The notes below the pieces were generated by a model. The model searched no databases, had not been told where the DNA came from, and saw nothing but the letters and a program-made list of their open reading frames with translations. A stretch of DNA of 64,000 bases, from the IMG/VR virus record IMGVR_UViG_3300034061_006808, positions 4,336 through 68,335 of that record; one strand, written 5' to 3'. Positions within the stretch are counted from its first letter, which is position 1. Each line of letters opens with the position of its first letter. Shown here piece after piece: positions 55,137 to 63,609 of this stretch. Both the position numbers and the translations under genes were made by a program. The DNA is from a virus.

Positions 55137-55417
55137 ACACAAATCCCTCTACTTTGCCAATCCTTCAGCTTGGTCCTTATTTGCGCTTTCCTTCCCGTGG
55201 AGCCTGCCCATGGACAGGTCTTAAAAGAAGCGTGTTGGAGCGGCTTTCTGTGAAAAGCGCGCGTAACGATTACAACCCGCCAGTTCGAAGCATAAGCCTC
55301 AAGGGAAAAGGAATGAAAAGGGCGTGCCGGGTAATCGTCACAGAGTCCCTCCTTGCTTATTTCGCGGAGTGCGAGCGCCTTCAAAACGAAGTTACCCCGG
55401 GCGGCACGGCCCAATAA
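55133..55417 (+). CDS. Excisionase/AlpA-like DNA-binding protein
   Basis: YLRFP..G.CPWTGLKRS.L..L......PPVRSISL...G..R..RVI..ESLLAY, a winged-helix family I recall from verrucomicrobial mobile elements. Confidence 0.65.
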   Translation: MNTNPSTLPILQLGPYLRFPSRGACPWTGLKRSVLERLSVKSARNDYNPPVRSISLKGKGMKRACRVIVTESLLAYFAECERLQNEVTPGGTAQ

Positions 55418-55425
55418 AAACAAGC

Positions 55426-55449
55426 GCCCGCCGCCGTGCTGCGGCGGGC
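55426..55449 (-). terminator. Hairpin with upstream A-tract (minus-strand terminator geometry)
   Basis: AATAAAAACAAGC, then GCCCGCCGC-CGTGCT-GCGGCGGGC. Confidence 0.55.
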
Positions 55450-55476
55450 ATCCACCCCAACACCATTACCCCGTCC

Positions 55477-55584
55477 ATGACCCACGAAGACATCCTGCGG
55501 TTGCTCGGCTACACGCTCGACACCGCTACCACATTTGGCCCCGCTTTTGCGCTCGGCTTGATCGCTTGGAGGATCGCCCGATGA
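55477..55584 (+). CDS. Small hydrophobic protein
   Basis: MTHEDILRLLG...FALGLIAWRIAR; ATGA-coupled to the next gene. Confidence 0.5.
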   Translation: MTHEDILRLLGYTLDTATTFGPAFALGLIAWRIAR

Positions 55585-55712
55585 GCGACGAATTCGACAC
55601 CGATCTCTCCGGCGAGATGCAGGAAGCGCGCGAACTCGACTTTCAACACGACTGCGAGATGCGCGACATCGAGCAGGGCATTGAACCCTATTCGGAGGAG
55701 GTCGAAGAATGA
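55581..55712 (+). CDS. Small acidic protein
   Basis: MSDEFDTDLSGEMQEARELDFQHDCEMRDIEQGIEPYSEEVEE; ATGA on both ends. Confidence 0.6.
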   Translation: MSDEFDTDLSGEMQEARELDFQHDCEMRDIEQGIEPYSEEVEE

Positions 55713-55888
55713 GCGCCGAATTTGCCCTTGCATTGTTCTTCCTCGCCTTCGGCTCCATGTGGGCCTGCTGGAAGCTTGGTTTTGAAAAAGGCCAAGACGA
55801 CATCCTCGAACAATTCTCCGACTACTGCGACCGGCGCAACGCCGAGCGGGAGTCAACTCAAGCCTGCCGAGACAATCGGCATAACTAA
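55709..55888 (+). CDS. Small single-TM protein
   Basis: MSAEFALALFFLAFGSMWACWKLGFEKG...; 59 aa, below the ORF-track cutoff. Confidence 0.6.
   Translation: MSAEFALALFFLAFGSMWACWKLGFEKGQDDILEQFSDYCDRRNAERESTQACRDNRHN
55864..55882 (+). promoter_or_regulatory. Palindromic operator copy (CTGCCGAGACAATCGGCAT) upstream of recT
   Basis: TGCCGA-N5-TCGGCA. Confidence 0.8.
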
Positions 55889-55902
55889 AACCCAAAACAA
55901 AA

Positions 55903-55926
55903 GCCCCGCCGTTGACGCGGCGGGGC
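55903..55926 (-). terminator. Hairpin with upstream A-tract (minus-strand terminator geometry)
   Basis: AAAACAAAA-GCCCCGCCG-TTGACG-CGGCGGGGC. Confidence 0.55.
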
Positions 55927-55943
55927 CTCAGTAGAAACAAACG

Positions 55944-57032
55944 ATGAACACAGAAATACAAACACAGAACGGGGCGGTTGTCAACAGCCAGCCCAAGAAA
56001 GGCCTCCGGGCACTCCTCGAAGGCGACGCCTTCAAACAGGCCATCACCTCCGCCCTGCCGAAACATTTGCCCGCCGAGCGGTTCATCCGCGTGGCGATCA
56101 CGGCGATGACCCGCACGCCGAAGCTGGCCGACTGCGACCAAGCGACATTTTTCAATGCGCTCCTCACGCTGTCGCAATGCGGCATCGAGCCCGATGGCCG
56201 CCGCGCCTACCTCATCCCGTTTGAGAACCGCAAGCGCGGCGTGACTGAGTGCCAACTCATCATCTCCTACATGGGCTTGCTGGAACTGGCCATGCGCACG
56301 GGCGAAATTTCCAATGTCCACGCGGACAAGGTTTGCGAAAACGACTTGTTTGAATACGACCGAGGACAGATCGGGCGGCACGCCATTGATTTCAAGCGCC
56401 CCCGTGGCAAGGCGTATGCCTACTACGCGCTCTGCCGTTTCAAGGACGGCACCGAGAAGGCCGAGGTGATGACCGTGGACGAGGTGGACGCGATCCGCAG
56501 CCGTTCCCGCGCTGGGAACTCCGGCCCTTGGGTGACGGATTTTGACGAGATGGCAAAGAAGACGGTCTTCCGCCGCCTCTCCAAGTGGCTTCCCATTTCC
56601 AGCGAATACCGCGACGCGCTCGAAAAAGACGCCGACCAACTGCCCTCGCTGGCTGGAGCCACGCAGGAAAAGCCTGCGCAGGCCAAGCCGGTTTTTTCAC
56701 GCCCCGCAGCCCCCGCGCTGGAACTGGAGATGGACGACATCCCGATGGACACGCCCGCAGCCAGCGCCGTCGCAGCGCCCGCCCGTGCCACCAAACCCGC
56801 AGCCGCAGCCGAAGAGGAGTTGCCGACCTTTGAACCCGATACGCCTCAGAAGACCCTCGCCCTCGCGCTCTCCGATGCTTCGGTGAACGAAGGCGAATTC
56901 ATGCGTTCGCTCAAAAAACTCGTCCCCAGCGCGAAGAAAGCCGCAACGATCAGCGAACTCACCGACCAAGTGGCCAGCGAGGCGCTCAAGGACATCGACT
57001 TCATCATCTCCAACATCGAGGAGGCACAATAA
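55944..57032 (+). CDS. recT: RecT-family single-strand annealing protein
   Basis: ALPKHL..ERFIR, PKL..C, AYLIPF, CQLIISYMG, SGPWVTDFDEMAKKTVFRRLSKWLP. Confidence 0.93.
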   Translation: MNTEIQTQNGAVVNSQPKKGLRALLEGDAFKQAITSALPKHLPAERFIRVAITAMTRTPKLADCDQATFFNALLTLSQCGIEPDGRRAYLIPFENRKRGVTECQLIISYMGLLELAMRTGEISNVHADKVCENDLFEYDRGQIGRHAIDFKRPRGKAYAYYALCRFKDGTEKAEVMTVDEVDAIRSRSRAGNSGPWVTDFDEMAKKTVFRRLSKWLPISSEYRDALEKDADQLPSLAGATQEKPAQAKPVFSRPAAPALELEMDDIPMDTPAASAVAAPARATKPAAAAEEELPTFEPDTPQKTLALALSDASVNEGEFMRSLKKLVPSAKKAATISELTDQVASEALKDIDFIISNIEEAQ

Positions 57033-57880
57033 TGAACGACGAACTGCCACAGCCCACCGAATTCGTGCCAAACATGGAAGGCACCCTCTACAGCCTGCCG
57101 GAGGACATCTACCGGCAGGCTCCCGGAGTGAACATTTCCAGCCTCAAGGCCATGCGCCGCAGCCCCGCGCACTACTTGGCCAAAGTCATGGCCCCCCGCT
57201 CGGAGCCAACTCCCGCCTTGGTCTTCGGAACCCTCCTGCACCGCGCGTGCCTGGAGCCGCAGAATCTTGCGGGGAGTTTTGCGGTGAAACCCGAGGACAT
57301 CGACTTCCGCACCAAAGCCGGAAAGGAATGGCGCGACGCGCAAACCGTCCCGATCATTGATGCCCAGCAGGCCGTGGCATTGGAACAAGCCAGCGCCAAG
57401 GTGCTGGCCCACCCCCACGCCAGCGCGATCCTCGCCCGCGCCGACAAGGAAGTGAGCGTCTTCAAAAAACGCAGCCTCACCAGCGACCTCCTCTTGAAAG
57501 GCCGCATGGACGCCGTGGCCGTGGACGAGCAGGGACTCACCACCATTGCGGACATCAAAACCTGCGAGGACGCATCCTCAGATGCCTTCGCCCGGTCCAT
57601 TGCCACCTACGGCTACGCGGAACAAGCGGCGTTCTACATGGACCTGCTTAAGGACGACCGGAATGACAAAAAGGCCAGTTACTTTGTTTTTATCGCCGTG
57701 GAGAAATACGCGCCCTACGAGGTTGCGATCTACTGCCTCGACGAGGACAGCATCGAGCTCGGGCGCGAGCGCAACAACCGGCACCTCGACACGCTGGAGT
57801 TGTGCTTGAGGCTTAACGAATTCGTGGGCTACTCGCCCGAAATCGAAACCATCAGCCTCCCCCGCTGGGCGAAGGCTTGA
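57032..57880 (+). CDS. RecE/exonuclease VIII-like PD-(D/E)xK nuclease
   Basis: SSLK..RSPAHY, FGTLLH..LEP, KGRMD, IADIKT, YGY..QAAFY, FVFIAVEK. Confidence 0.9.
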   Translation: MNDELPQPTEFVPNMEGTLYSLPEDIYRQAPGVNISSLKAMRRSPAHYLAKVMAPRSEPTPALVFGTLLHRACLEPQNLAGSFAVKPEDIDFRTKAGKEWRDAQTVPIIDAQQAVALEQASAKVLAHPHASAILARADKEVSVFKKRSLTSDLLLKGRMDAVAVDEQGLTTIADIKTCEDASSDAFARSIATYGYAEQAAFYMDLLKDDRNDKKASYFVFIAVEKYAPYEVAIYCLDEDSIELGRERNNRHLDTLELCLRLNEFVGYSPEIETISLPRWAKA

Positions 57881-57897
57881 GAAAGGACGCCATCACC

Positions 57898-58137
57898 ATG
57901 GAAGACCCAACGCCCTACCGCTACACCCCGCGCCCGTCGAAAGCCGTGAAAAAACCACGCCAAAAAACAACCCCCGACGCTGAGGAGATGACTATGCGCG
58001 ACATTTTCGCCGCATTTGCCTTGGCCGGTATTAACGCCAATCAAAAAGCTTGGGATAATCTTAGCAACGAAGACTTAGTAGATATCTCCTACACTCAGGC
58101 AGATCACATGTTGAGATTCAGAAAGGATGCCCAATGA
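57898..58137 (+). CDS. Conserved small phage protein
   Basis: MTMRDIFAAFALAG...SY..ADHML motif. Confidence 0.7.
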   Translation: MEDPTPYRYTPRPSKAVKKPRQKTTPDAEEMTMRDIFAAFALAGINANQKAWDNLSNEDLVDISYTQADHMLRFRKDAQ

Positions 58138-58451
58138 TCGCCCAACTCGACCTCTTCCAAGGCACCGCCGCCCGCAACCGGGCGGTGGCGAAGGTGGCCA
58201 AAACCACCCCTCCCGAGTGGAGCACCGCCCTGCGCCATGTGGTGGAAACTCTCGCCCGTCGCGGCGGCGAGTTTTCCACAGACGATGTGTGGACGCGCCT
58301 GGACGGCCAGCCGCCCGAGCCCCGCGCCCTCGGAGCCACAATGATGAGCATGGCCCGCCTCGGCCTCATCCGCCGCACGGGAAAATATGTGCCCAGCGCC
58401 CGCCCCGAGTGCCACGCACGGCCCGTCGCCGTTTGGGAAGGAGTCCAATGA
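58134..58451 (+). CDS. Hypothetical phage protein (winged-helix-like)
   Basis: EFSTDDVW...EPRALGA....GLIRRTG.Y..S.RPECHARPV.VW. Confidence 0.7.
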   Translation: MIAQLDLFQGTAARNRAVAKVAKTTPPEWSTALRHVVETLARRGGEFSTDDVWTRLDGQPPEPRALGATMMSMARLGLIRRTGKYVPSARPECHARPVAVWEGVQ

Positions 58452-58753
58452 CCAGCCCCCTCATCGACAAGCCCAACGAACTGGTGCGCGGCCACGGCGA
58501 GACGATCTACATCGGCAGCATCACGGCCCCAGCAGGCACGCACTTGGCGATCACCCGCTGGCGCGACGCCCGCCACGAACTCCCCGAGGAAAGCAAAAGC
58601 GTCCTCATGGCGCTCCTCTGTGGCGAGGAGTGGACAGGCTACCTCTCCGACGACGGACTCTGGAAATTCATCTCCGGCGACAATGTGGGCGAACCCGTCA
58701 CCCACTGGATGGAATACCCCGCCCCACCCGCAACCAAGGAGACCCAGCCATGA
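58448..58753 (+). CDS. DUF551-like protein
   Basis: W.D...ELPE....VL ... VTHWMEYPAPP. Confidence 0.7.
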   Translation: MTSPLIDKPNELVRGHGETIYIGSITAPAGTHLAITRWRDARHELPEESKSVLMALLCGEEWTGYLSDDGLWKFISGDNVGEPVTHWMEYPAPPATKETQP

Positions 58754-58902
58754 CCCTCGAATTCGCCATCGGCCTCGGCCTCCTCACCCTCACCAGCGTG
58801 TTCGTCTCCTACAGCCTCGGGCGGTGGGAAGAGCGCACACGCTGGCAAAACATGAAGCGCCGCGACCGCGAACGCCTGATGCGAAAGGACGAATGGGAAT
58901 GA
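58750..58902 (+). CDS. Small single-TM protein
   Basis: MTLEFAIGLGLLTLTSVFVSYSLGR; architecture similar to 55709..55888. Confidence 0.6.
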   Translation: MTLEFAIGLGLLTLTSVFVSYSLGRWEERTRWQNMKRRDRERLMRKDEWE

Positions 58903-59033
58903 AATCCCCCGCCCTCATCGCCGGAATCATCCTGACGCTCCTCTACCTCGGAGCCTGCGGCCTCTACTGGCACGAAGCCGCCCAACCCAACCTCAACCTC
59001 TGCCCGCTTTGCGGGGGAGAAACCCGCCCATGA
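58899..59033 (+). CDS. Small TM protein with C-terminal CPLC
   Basis: MKSPALIAGIILTLLYLGACGL; ATGA-coupled. Confidence 0.55.
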   Translation: MKSPALIAGIILTLLYLGACGLYWHEAAQPNLNLCPLCGGETRP

Positions 59034-59275
59034 AAAATTCCAAACCCAAATCCAAATCCGAAGCACTCCAGGACCAACTCATCGAGACGCTGGAGGCATA
59101 CAGAATTGCCTTGGAGGGCACCTTGAATAAAGACGAGCAAATCCGCGCCCTTGAAGCCGAACTCGACGCCGCCCGCCAAATCTTCGCCGCGTTATCAGCA
59201 TCGCGTAACATCAATATGCACGCATACGAGGAAATGGCCGTGTGGCTTCAAAAGCGCAAGGAGGAACAACCGTGA
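59030..59275 (+). CDS. Hypothetical coiled-coil protein
   Basis: ATGA-coupled. Confidence 0.6.
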   Translation: MKNSKPKSKSEALQDQLIETLEAYRIALEGTLNKDEQIRALEAELDAARQIFAALSASRNINMHAYEEMAVWLQKRKEEQP

Positions 59276-59697
59276 AATGCGATGTCCTGCCAGAAAACAT
59301 CCTCCGGTGCATGAGCGCCGAGGACCGCGCGACCCACGCCAAGGCGGTCGGCCACCCGAACGCCGGGAAGACCAGCGCCGAACTCCGCGAGGCGGCGATC
59401 AAGAAAGACGAGCGAACGGCCCAGAAGGAAATCGCCAACTACCTCCGCCTGCGCGGCCTGCAATTCATCAACCCGCCGATGAACAAAAAAAGCACGCTTC
59501 CCGAGGGCTGGCCGGACTTCACCCTGGCCTTTCGCGGGCATCCCGTGGCTTTTGAAGTGAAGGTCTGGGGCCAGAAACCCCGCCCAGAGCAAGTCGAACG
59601 CCACAAAAAGATGCGCGATGACGGCTGGGTGGTGCATGTGGTCAATGGCGTCGCCGATGTGGTCGCGATCCTGCAAAACTTGGAGGCCGGACGATGA
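59272..59697 (+). CDS. VRR-NUC domain nuclease (Holliday junction resolvase-like)
   Basis: ER..Q..I..YL, GWPD, FEVK....P.PEQ, GW.V.VV. Confidence 0.85.
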   Translation: MKCDVLPENILRCMSAEDRATHAKAVGHPNAGKTSAELREAAIKKDERTAQKEIANYLRLRGLQFINPPMNKKSTLPEGWPDFTLAFRGHPVAFEVKVWGQKPRPEQVERHKKMRDDGWVVHVVNGVADVVAILQNLEAGR

Positions 59698-60188
59698 TTA
59701 CTCCAAGCTGTTTGCTTCAGCGCGCAGTTCGGCTTTCTGTGCCAGAAGTTCAGTATGCTATGGCAATTGCTACGCAGCGAGATGCTTGCAAGGGTGAAAT
59801 GCGGGATAGCAGACTAAAAAAAAGCATTTCAGGATTTGGCGTTCATTTTGTGGGCGTCGTGGGCGAACTTTGTTTTCGCAAAGTTTACGGTGGGAAAATA
59901 AACACGGCCATCCTTCCGAATGGGGATGGTCATTCCCGCGATGTCATTCTTGCAGATGGGCGCGAAGTGGAAGTGAAAACGAGCCTTTACCAGGGTAGTG
60001 GCGTCGAATTGAAGTTTGAGCAGAACGAAATAGGAAAAGTCCAATACTGCTCCCTTGTCCAAGTGTCATTGCCCGATACTGGAACCGTGTTCCCCATATG
60101 GTCTTGGCAGGAAATTGAACCCAACCTTGTCACCAAAGACTATGGCTACGGTCCACGCTATGTATTTCAACCGCAATTAAACCAATGA
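59694..60188 (+). CDS. Putative PD-(D/E)xK-fold protein
   Basis: GVVGE....D......EVEVKT; lower GC than its neighbours. Confidence 0.6.
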   Translation: MITPSCLLQRAVRLSVPEVQYAMAIATQRDACKGEMRDSRLKKSISGFGVHFVGVVGELCFRKVYGGKINTAILPNGDGHSRDVILADGREVEVKTSLYQGSGVELKFEQNEIGKVQYCSLVQVSLPDTGTVFPIWSWQEIEPNLVTKDYGYGPRYVFQPQLNQ

Positions 60189-60547
60189 TCCCCACGCACA
60201 ACATTTGGAGCGCCCTGCGCACGCTTGGCGAGAATATCACGATCCCCCACCCCGACGACACGATGGGCGAGATGGTGATGCAGACCAAAGCCCTCTGCCT
60301 CGACGCCGCCCACCGGCTGCAATGCCTCTCCAAAGCCGTTGCCAATCTTTCCGAGGGACGGCGCTTCTGGAAGCTCAAGGCGAAAATGACCGCCGCCGAG
60401 CGCGACATTGCCAAGATGCTCGCCCTCGCCGCCATCGACAAGGCTGCCCTGCTCCAAGCCGACCTCGCCACAGCGACCGCCGAATGCGTGCGGCTGAAAG
60501 GCCAGCTTGCCAAACAAAAAAACCAACAACTCCTTTTGAAACAATAA
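60185..60547 (+). CDS. Hypothetical coiled-coil protein
   Basis: ATGA start; helical. Confidence 0.65.
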   Translation: MIPTHNIWSALRTLGENITIPHPDDTMGEMVMQTKALCLDAAHRLQCLSKAVANLSEGRRFWKLKAKMTAAERDIAKMLALAAIDKAALLQADLATATAECVRLKGQLAKQKNQQLLLKQ

Positions 60548-60549
60548 CC

Positions 60550-61257
60550 ATGCGCTGGCTCAACATCGAAATTGCAACTCTCCGCAGTCCCGCCTTTGTC
60601 GGCGCGGACCCCGTGGAGCGCGCCACTTGGCTCTGCCTCCTCGCCTACTGCGCCGATCAGGAGAATGGTGGCGTCATAAAAGGATGCCGCGATTGGAAGG
60701 ACCGGCAATGGCAACAAACCTGCGGTGTAACACAGCTTGAAGCACAGCTTGAAGCAGACCTCTGGAAATGGAGTGGTGATGATTTGCGTGTTTCCTTCTA
60801 TCCGACCTGCAAAGAGGCCGAAATTCGGGCCAAGCGCAAGGCCGGGGCCACAGGCGGCAGAGCCTCTGGGGAAGCCCGTCGCGAAGCTGTGCTTGAAGCA
60901 GAGCTTCCACCAGAGCTTCCAGCACAGGTTGAAGGAGACCTCGAACGGAAAGGAAAGGAAAGGAATAATAAAGAAGAAAAGGAGATCGAATTTCCAACCA
61001 ATCTCCAGACGATTCCGTTTCGCAAAGCTTGGGCCGACTACATCGCCTATCGAAAAGAAATGCGTATAAAAGCTCTACTCCCCGCCAGCATCCAAAGCCA
61101 ACTCAAAAGACTCTCCGCATGGGGCCATGACGCCGCCATCGCCTCCATCGAGCTAACCATCGCCAACGGCTGGCAGGGAATTCAAGATCCGAAGCCCTCT
61201 TTTGCCGGAACATTCAACAAACCCTTCGTCAAACCTAAAGCCATCTCTTGTCTATGA
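60550..61257 (+). CDS. Phage replication initiator / replisome organiser
   Basis: N-terminal W..LL.YCADQENGG, KRKAG..GG..SG..RR linker, C-terminal AW.DYI.YRK...SI....ANGWQG; directly upstream of DnaB. Confidence 0.75.
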   Translation: MRWLNIEIATLRSPAFVGADPVERATWLCLLAYCADQENGGVIKGCRDWKDRQWQQTCGVTQLEAQLEADLWKWSGDDLRVSFYPTCKEAEIRAKRKAGATGGRASGEARREAVLEAELPPELPAQVEGDLERKGKERNNKEEKEIEFPTNLQTIPFRKAWADYIAYRKEMRIKALLPASIQSQLKRLSAWGHDAAIASIELTIANGWQGIQDPKPSFAGTFNKPFVKPKAISCL

Positions 61258-62519
61258 AACCCCAAAAACTCAAAACCGTCCCCATCGCCCACACCGCCGA
61301 AGCCGCAGCCCTCGCCCTGCTCGCCGCCGATCCGGAACTCCTCGCATCCCTCCCGTGGGATGCCTCGCTTTTCGCGCTGGACGGCCACAGAGCGATCTTT
61401 TCCGCCATGGAAAGGGTCCACCAGCGGAGCGGCACTTGCAACGCGATAGCGGCCATTTCTGAGCTTGAGACCACCGGCAAGCTCGATTTCGTCGGCGGAA
61501 GGGATGGCGTGCTGGACATTTTCAGCACCATTTCCCTCGGCCCCGGCCCTGCGGGCATGGAGATCGCCGCCGACTACCGCGCCCAACTCGCCAAGGCGAA
61601 AGGCTACCGCGACGCCATCAAGGCGTGGGAGGACGCGGAGGACGATGTGCGTCGCATGAACACGGACCTGTCCGGTCTTGCCGAGACATTCAGCAAAGCT
61701 GGAACCGATCCCCTCACGCCGGTCAAGACCGTGAAGCAGCACCTCCAAGAACTCATCGACGACCTGGAGGCCAAAACCCCGCTCGAAACCTTCTCCACGG
61801 GACTCCCTGCCCTCGATCGGAATTTCCACGGCGGCGTGATGCGTGGCGAAATGCTTGTCGTGGGAGCCGATACCGGCGGAGGCAAGAGCATCCTGCTCTA
61901 CCAAGCCAGCTTGAAAGCCCTCGAAGACGGCAAAAAAGTGGCGATCTTTTCCCTTGAAATGCCAGCCAAGGCGATCCTCCGACGCATGGCCTGCAACATG
62001 ATCGGCAAGCGGGTGGAAAATGCCCGAGACATGCTGAACGCTCCCGACCAACGGTATGTCGCCAGCGCCCGGGAACTTACCAACGCCATCTCCCGCCTCA
62101 TGACCATGCCGCTCACGATCCACGACACACTTTCCGAGGTGGGAGAGATCGACGCCGAGGCCCGACGCCTTGCCACCATGGGCAAAGCCGACCTCATTGT
62201 GGTCGATTACCTACAAATCGTCACGATGCCGAAAGCCGACAACCGCGAGCAGGCCATCAGCGAACTCGCCCGCCGCTTGAAGCTCACCGCGCTCAAAACC
62301 AACTGCGCCATCCTCACGGCCAGCCAACTCAACGAGGAGGGCCGCCTGCGCGAGTCCCGCGCCATCGGCCACCACGCCGACGCCGTGATGAACATCAAGC
62401 ACACCGAAGGCTCCAGCCTTATCTCCATTGACAAAAACCGCCGAGGCCAGCGCGGAGTCACCGTCCCCGTCACCATGCGCGGCGACATTTCCCGCTTCGA
62501 GGAGGTTCGCGAACCATGA
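61254..62519 (+). CDS. dnaB: DnaB-like replicative helicase
   Basis: GADTGGGKS, FSLEM, VVDYLQ, ASQLN, LRES, KNRRG. Confidence 0.93.
   Translation: MKPQKLKTVPIAHTAEAAALALLAADPELLASLPWDASLFALDGHRAIFSAMERVHQRSGTCNAIAAISELETTGKLDFVGGRDGVLDIFSTISLGPGPAGMEIAADYRAQLAKAKGYRDAIKAWEDAEDDVRRMNTDLSGLAETFSKAGTDPLTPVKTVKQHLQELIDDLEAKTPLETFSTGLPALDRNFHGGVMRGEMLVVGADTGGGKSILLYQASLKALEDGKKVAIFSLEMPAKAILRRMACNMIGKRVENARDMLNAPDQRYVASARELTNAISRLMTMPLTIHDTLSEVGEIDAEARRLATMGKADLIVVDYLQIVTMPKADNREQAISELARRLKLTALKTNCAILTASQLNEEGRLRESRAIGHHADAVMNIKHTEGSSLISIDKNRRGQRGVTVPVTMRGDISRFEEVREP
61678..61696 (+). promoter_or_regulatory. Intragenic operator-like motif copy (TTGCCGAGACATTCAGCAA)
   Basis: One mismatch from the palindrome; also shares the upstream CCGGTC with the 45997 copy. 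Confidence 0.65.
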
Positions 62520-62698
62520 CCGCCCAGGACTGCTACGACCTCGCCCTCAAAAAACTCGAAGCCGCCGAGCGGTTTTGGGCGTCCAAAAACCCCAAAGACC
62601 GCGAAAAAGGCGAGCAATGCTACCAAGAAGCCCTTTCCCTCCGCGAACAATTCCTGCAACTCACCAACCCAGACATAAACCAACCAACAAACCAATAA
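62516..62698 (+). CDS. Hypothetical protein
   Basis: ATGA-coupled to dnaB. Confidence 0.6.
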   Translation: MTAQDCYDLALKKLEAAERFWASKNPKDREKGEQCYQEALSLREQFLQLTNPDINQPTNQ

Positions 62699-62703
62699 AA
62701 CCA

Positions 62704-63018
62704 ATGAGCAAACTCATCTCCATCAGCATTGATGTCACAAAAATCGACAAAGCCCGCCTCTACAAAGGCGAAAAGGGAACCTATCTGAACGCCGATCTCT
62801 GGCTCAACGACGAGCCGGACAAATTCGGCAACGACGGCAGCATTTCCATGGCCCAAACCAAGGAAGAGCGCGAAGCCAAGATTGCAAAAATCTACATCGG
62901 CAAGGGCAAAAAAGTCCTTGGTTGGGAGGGCGAAGCGCCCAAGCCCAAAGCCAAACCCGCCGCCCCGCGCTACGCTGGACGCCAGCAGGATGACTCGGGC
63001 GAAGATATTCCCTTTTGA
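62704..63018 (+). CDS. Putative single-stranded DNA-binding protein
   Basis: SIDVTKIDKARLYKGEKGTYL..DKFGNDG; acidic C-terminus DDSGEDIPF. Confidence 0.75.
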   Translation: MSKLISISIDVTKIDKARLYKGEKGTYLNADLWLNDEPDKFGNDGSISMAQTKEEREAKIAKIYIGKGKKVLGWEGEAPKPKAKPAAPRYAGRQQDDSGEDIPF

Positions 63019-63021
63019 CTT

Positions 63022-63040
63022 CTGCCGAGACATTTGACAC
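63022..63040 (+). promoter_or_regulatory. Operator-like motif copy (CTGCCGAGACATTTGACAC)
   Basis: Fills the 25-nt intergenic gap; preceded by TTGACT. Confidence 0.75.
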
Positions 63041-63043
63041 ACC

Positions 63044-63331
63044 ATGACACCAGAAAAACAACGCCTCCTCGCCGACGCCCTCACCGAATTCCTCGACCCG
63101 TTCCCCGCAGACGACCCCGCCGTCACGCCCGACTACCTGGTCGGCAAATGCGAAGCCCTCGGCCTCGGTTGGTCCCTCGACCACACCGGCGGAATGATCG
63201 AGGCCCGTATTTGGGACTGGCCGTGGGTCAAAGGCCGCCACCGCCCGCAAAACCTCGAACCCCTCGCCCAAATGCTCTGGAGCGCGCTTGCCAACGCCAA
63301 AACCCACCTCGACGCCGGAACCAACGCATGA
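63044..63331 (+). CDS. Hypothetical protein
   Basis: ORF after the operator copy; ATGA-coupled downstream. Confidence 0.65.
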   Translation: MTPEKQRLLADALTEFLDPFPADDPAVTPDYLVGKCEALGLGWSLDHTGGMIEARIWDWPWVKGRHRPQNLEPLAQMLWSALANAKTHLDAGTNA

Positions 63332-63609
63332 CCACCGACTCTAACCCCGCAGCCGTCGCTCAAATCTCCGAGCAACTCGCCGCCCTCCGCGCCGAAAACC
63401 GCGCGCTGCGAGCCGCCCTAGAGCACCACCAAGCCGACGCGCGCATTCTGCGACTCTGGCACCGCGACGACGCCCGTCAACTCACCCAACTCGAAGACCT
63501 CGCCGACCAACTCGCGGCCCTCCTGCACACCCACGGTCACACCACTGAAAACACTCCGATCCTCGCCCTCCTCCGAACCACCAAAAAAACAACTCACCAA
63601 CCATGCTAA
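63328..63609 (+). CDS. Hypothetical coiled-coil protein
   Basis: MTTDSNPAAVAQISEQLAALRAEN. Confidence 0.55.
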   Translation: MTTDSNPAAVAQISEQLAALRAENRALRAALEHHQADARILRLWHRDDARQLTQLEDLADQLAALLHTHGHTTENTPILALLRTTKKTTHQPC

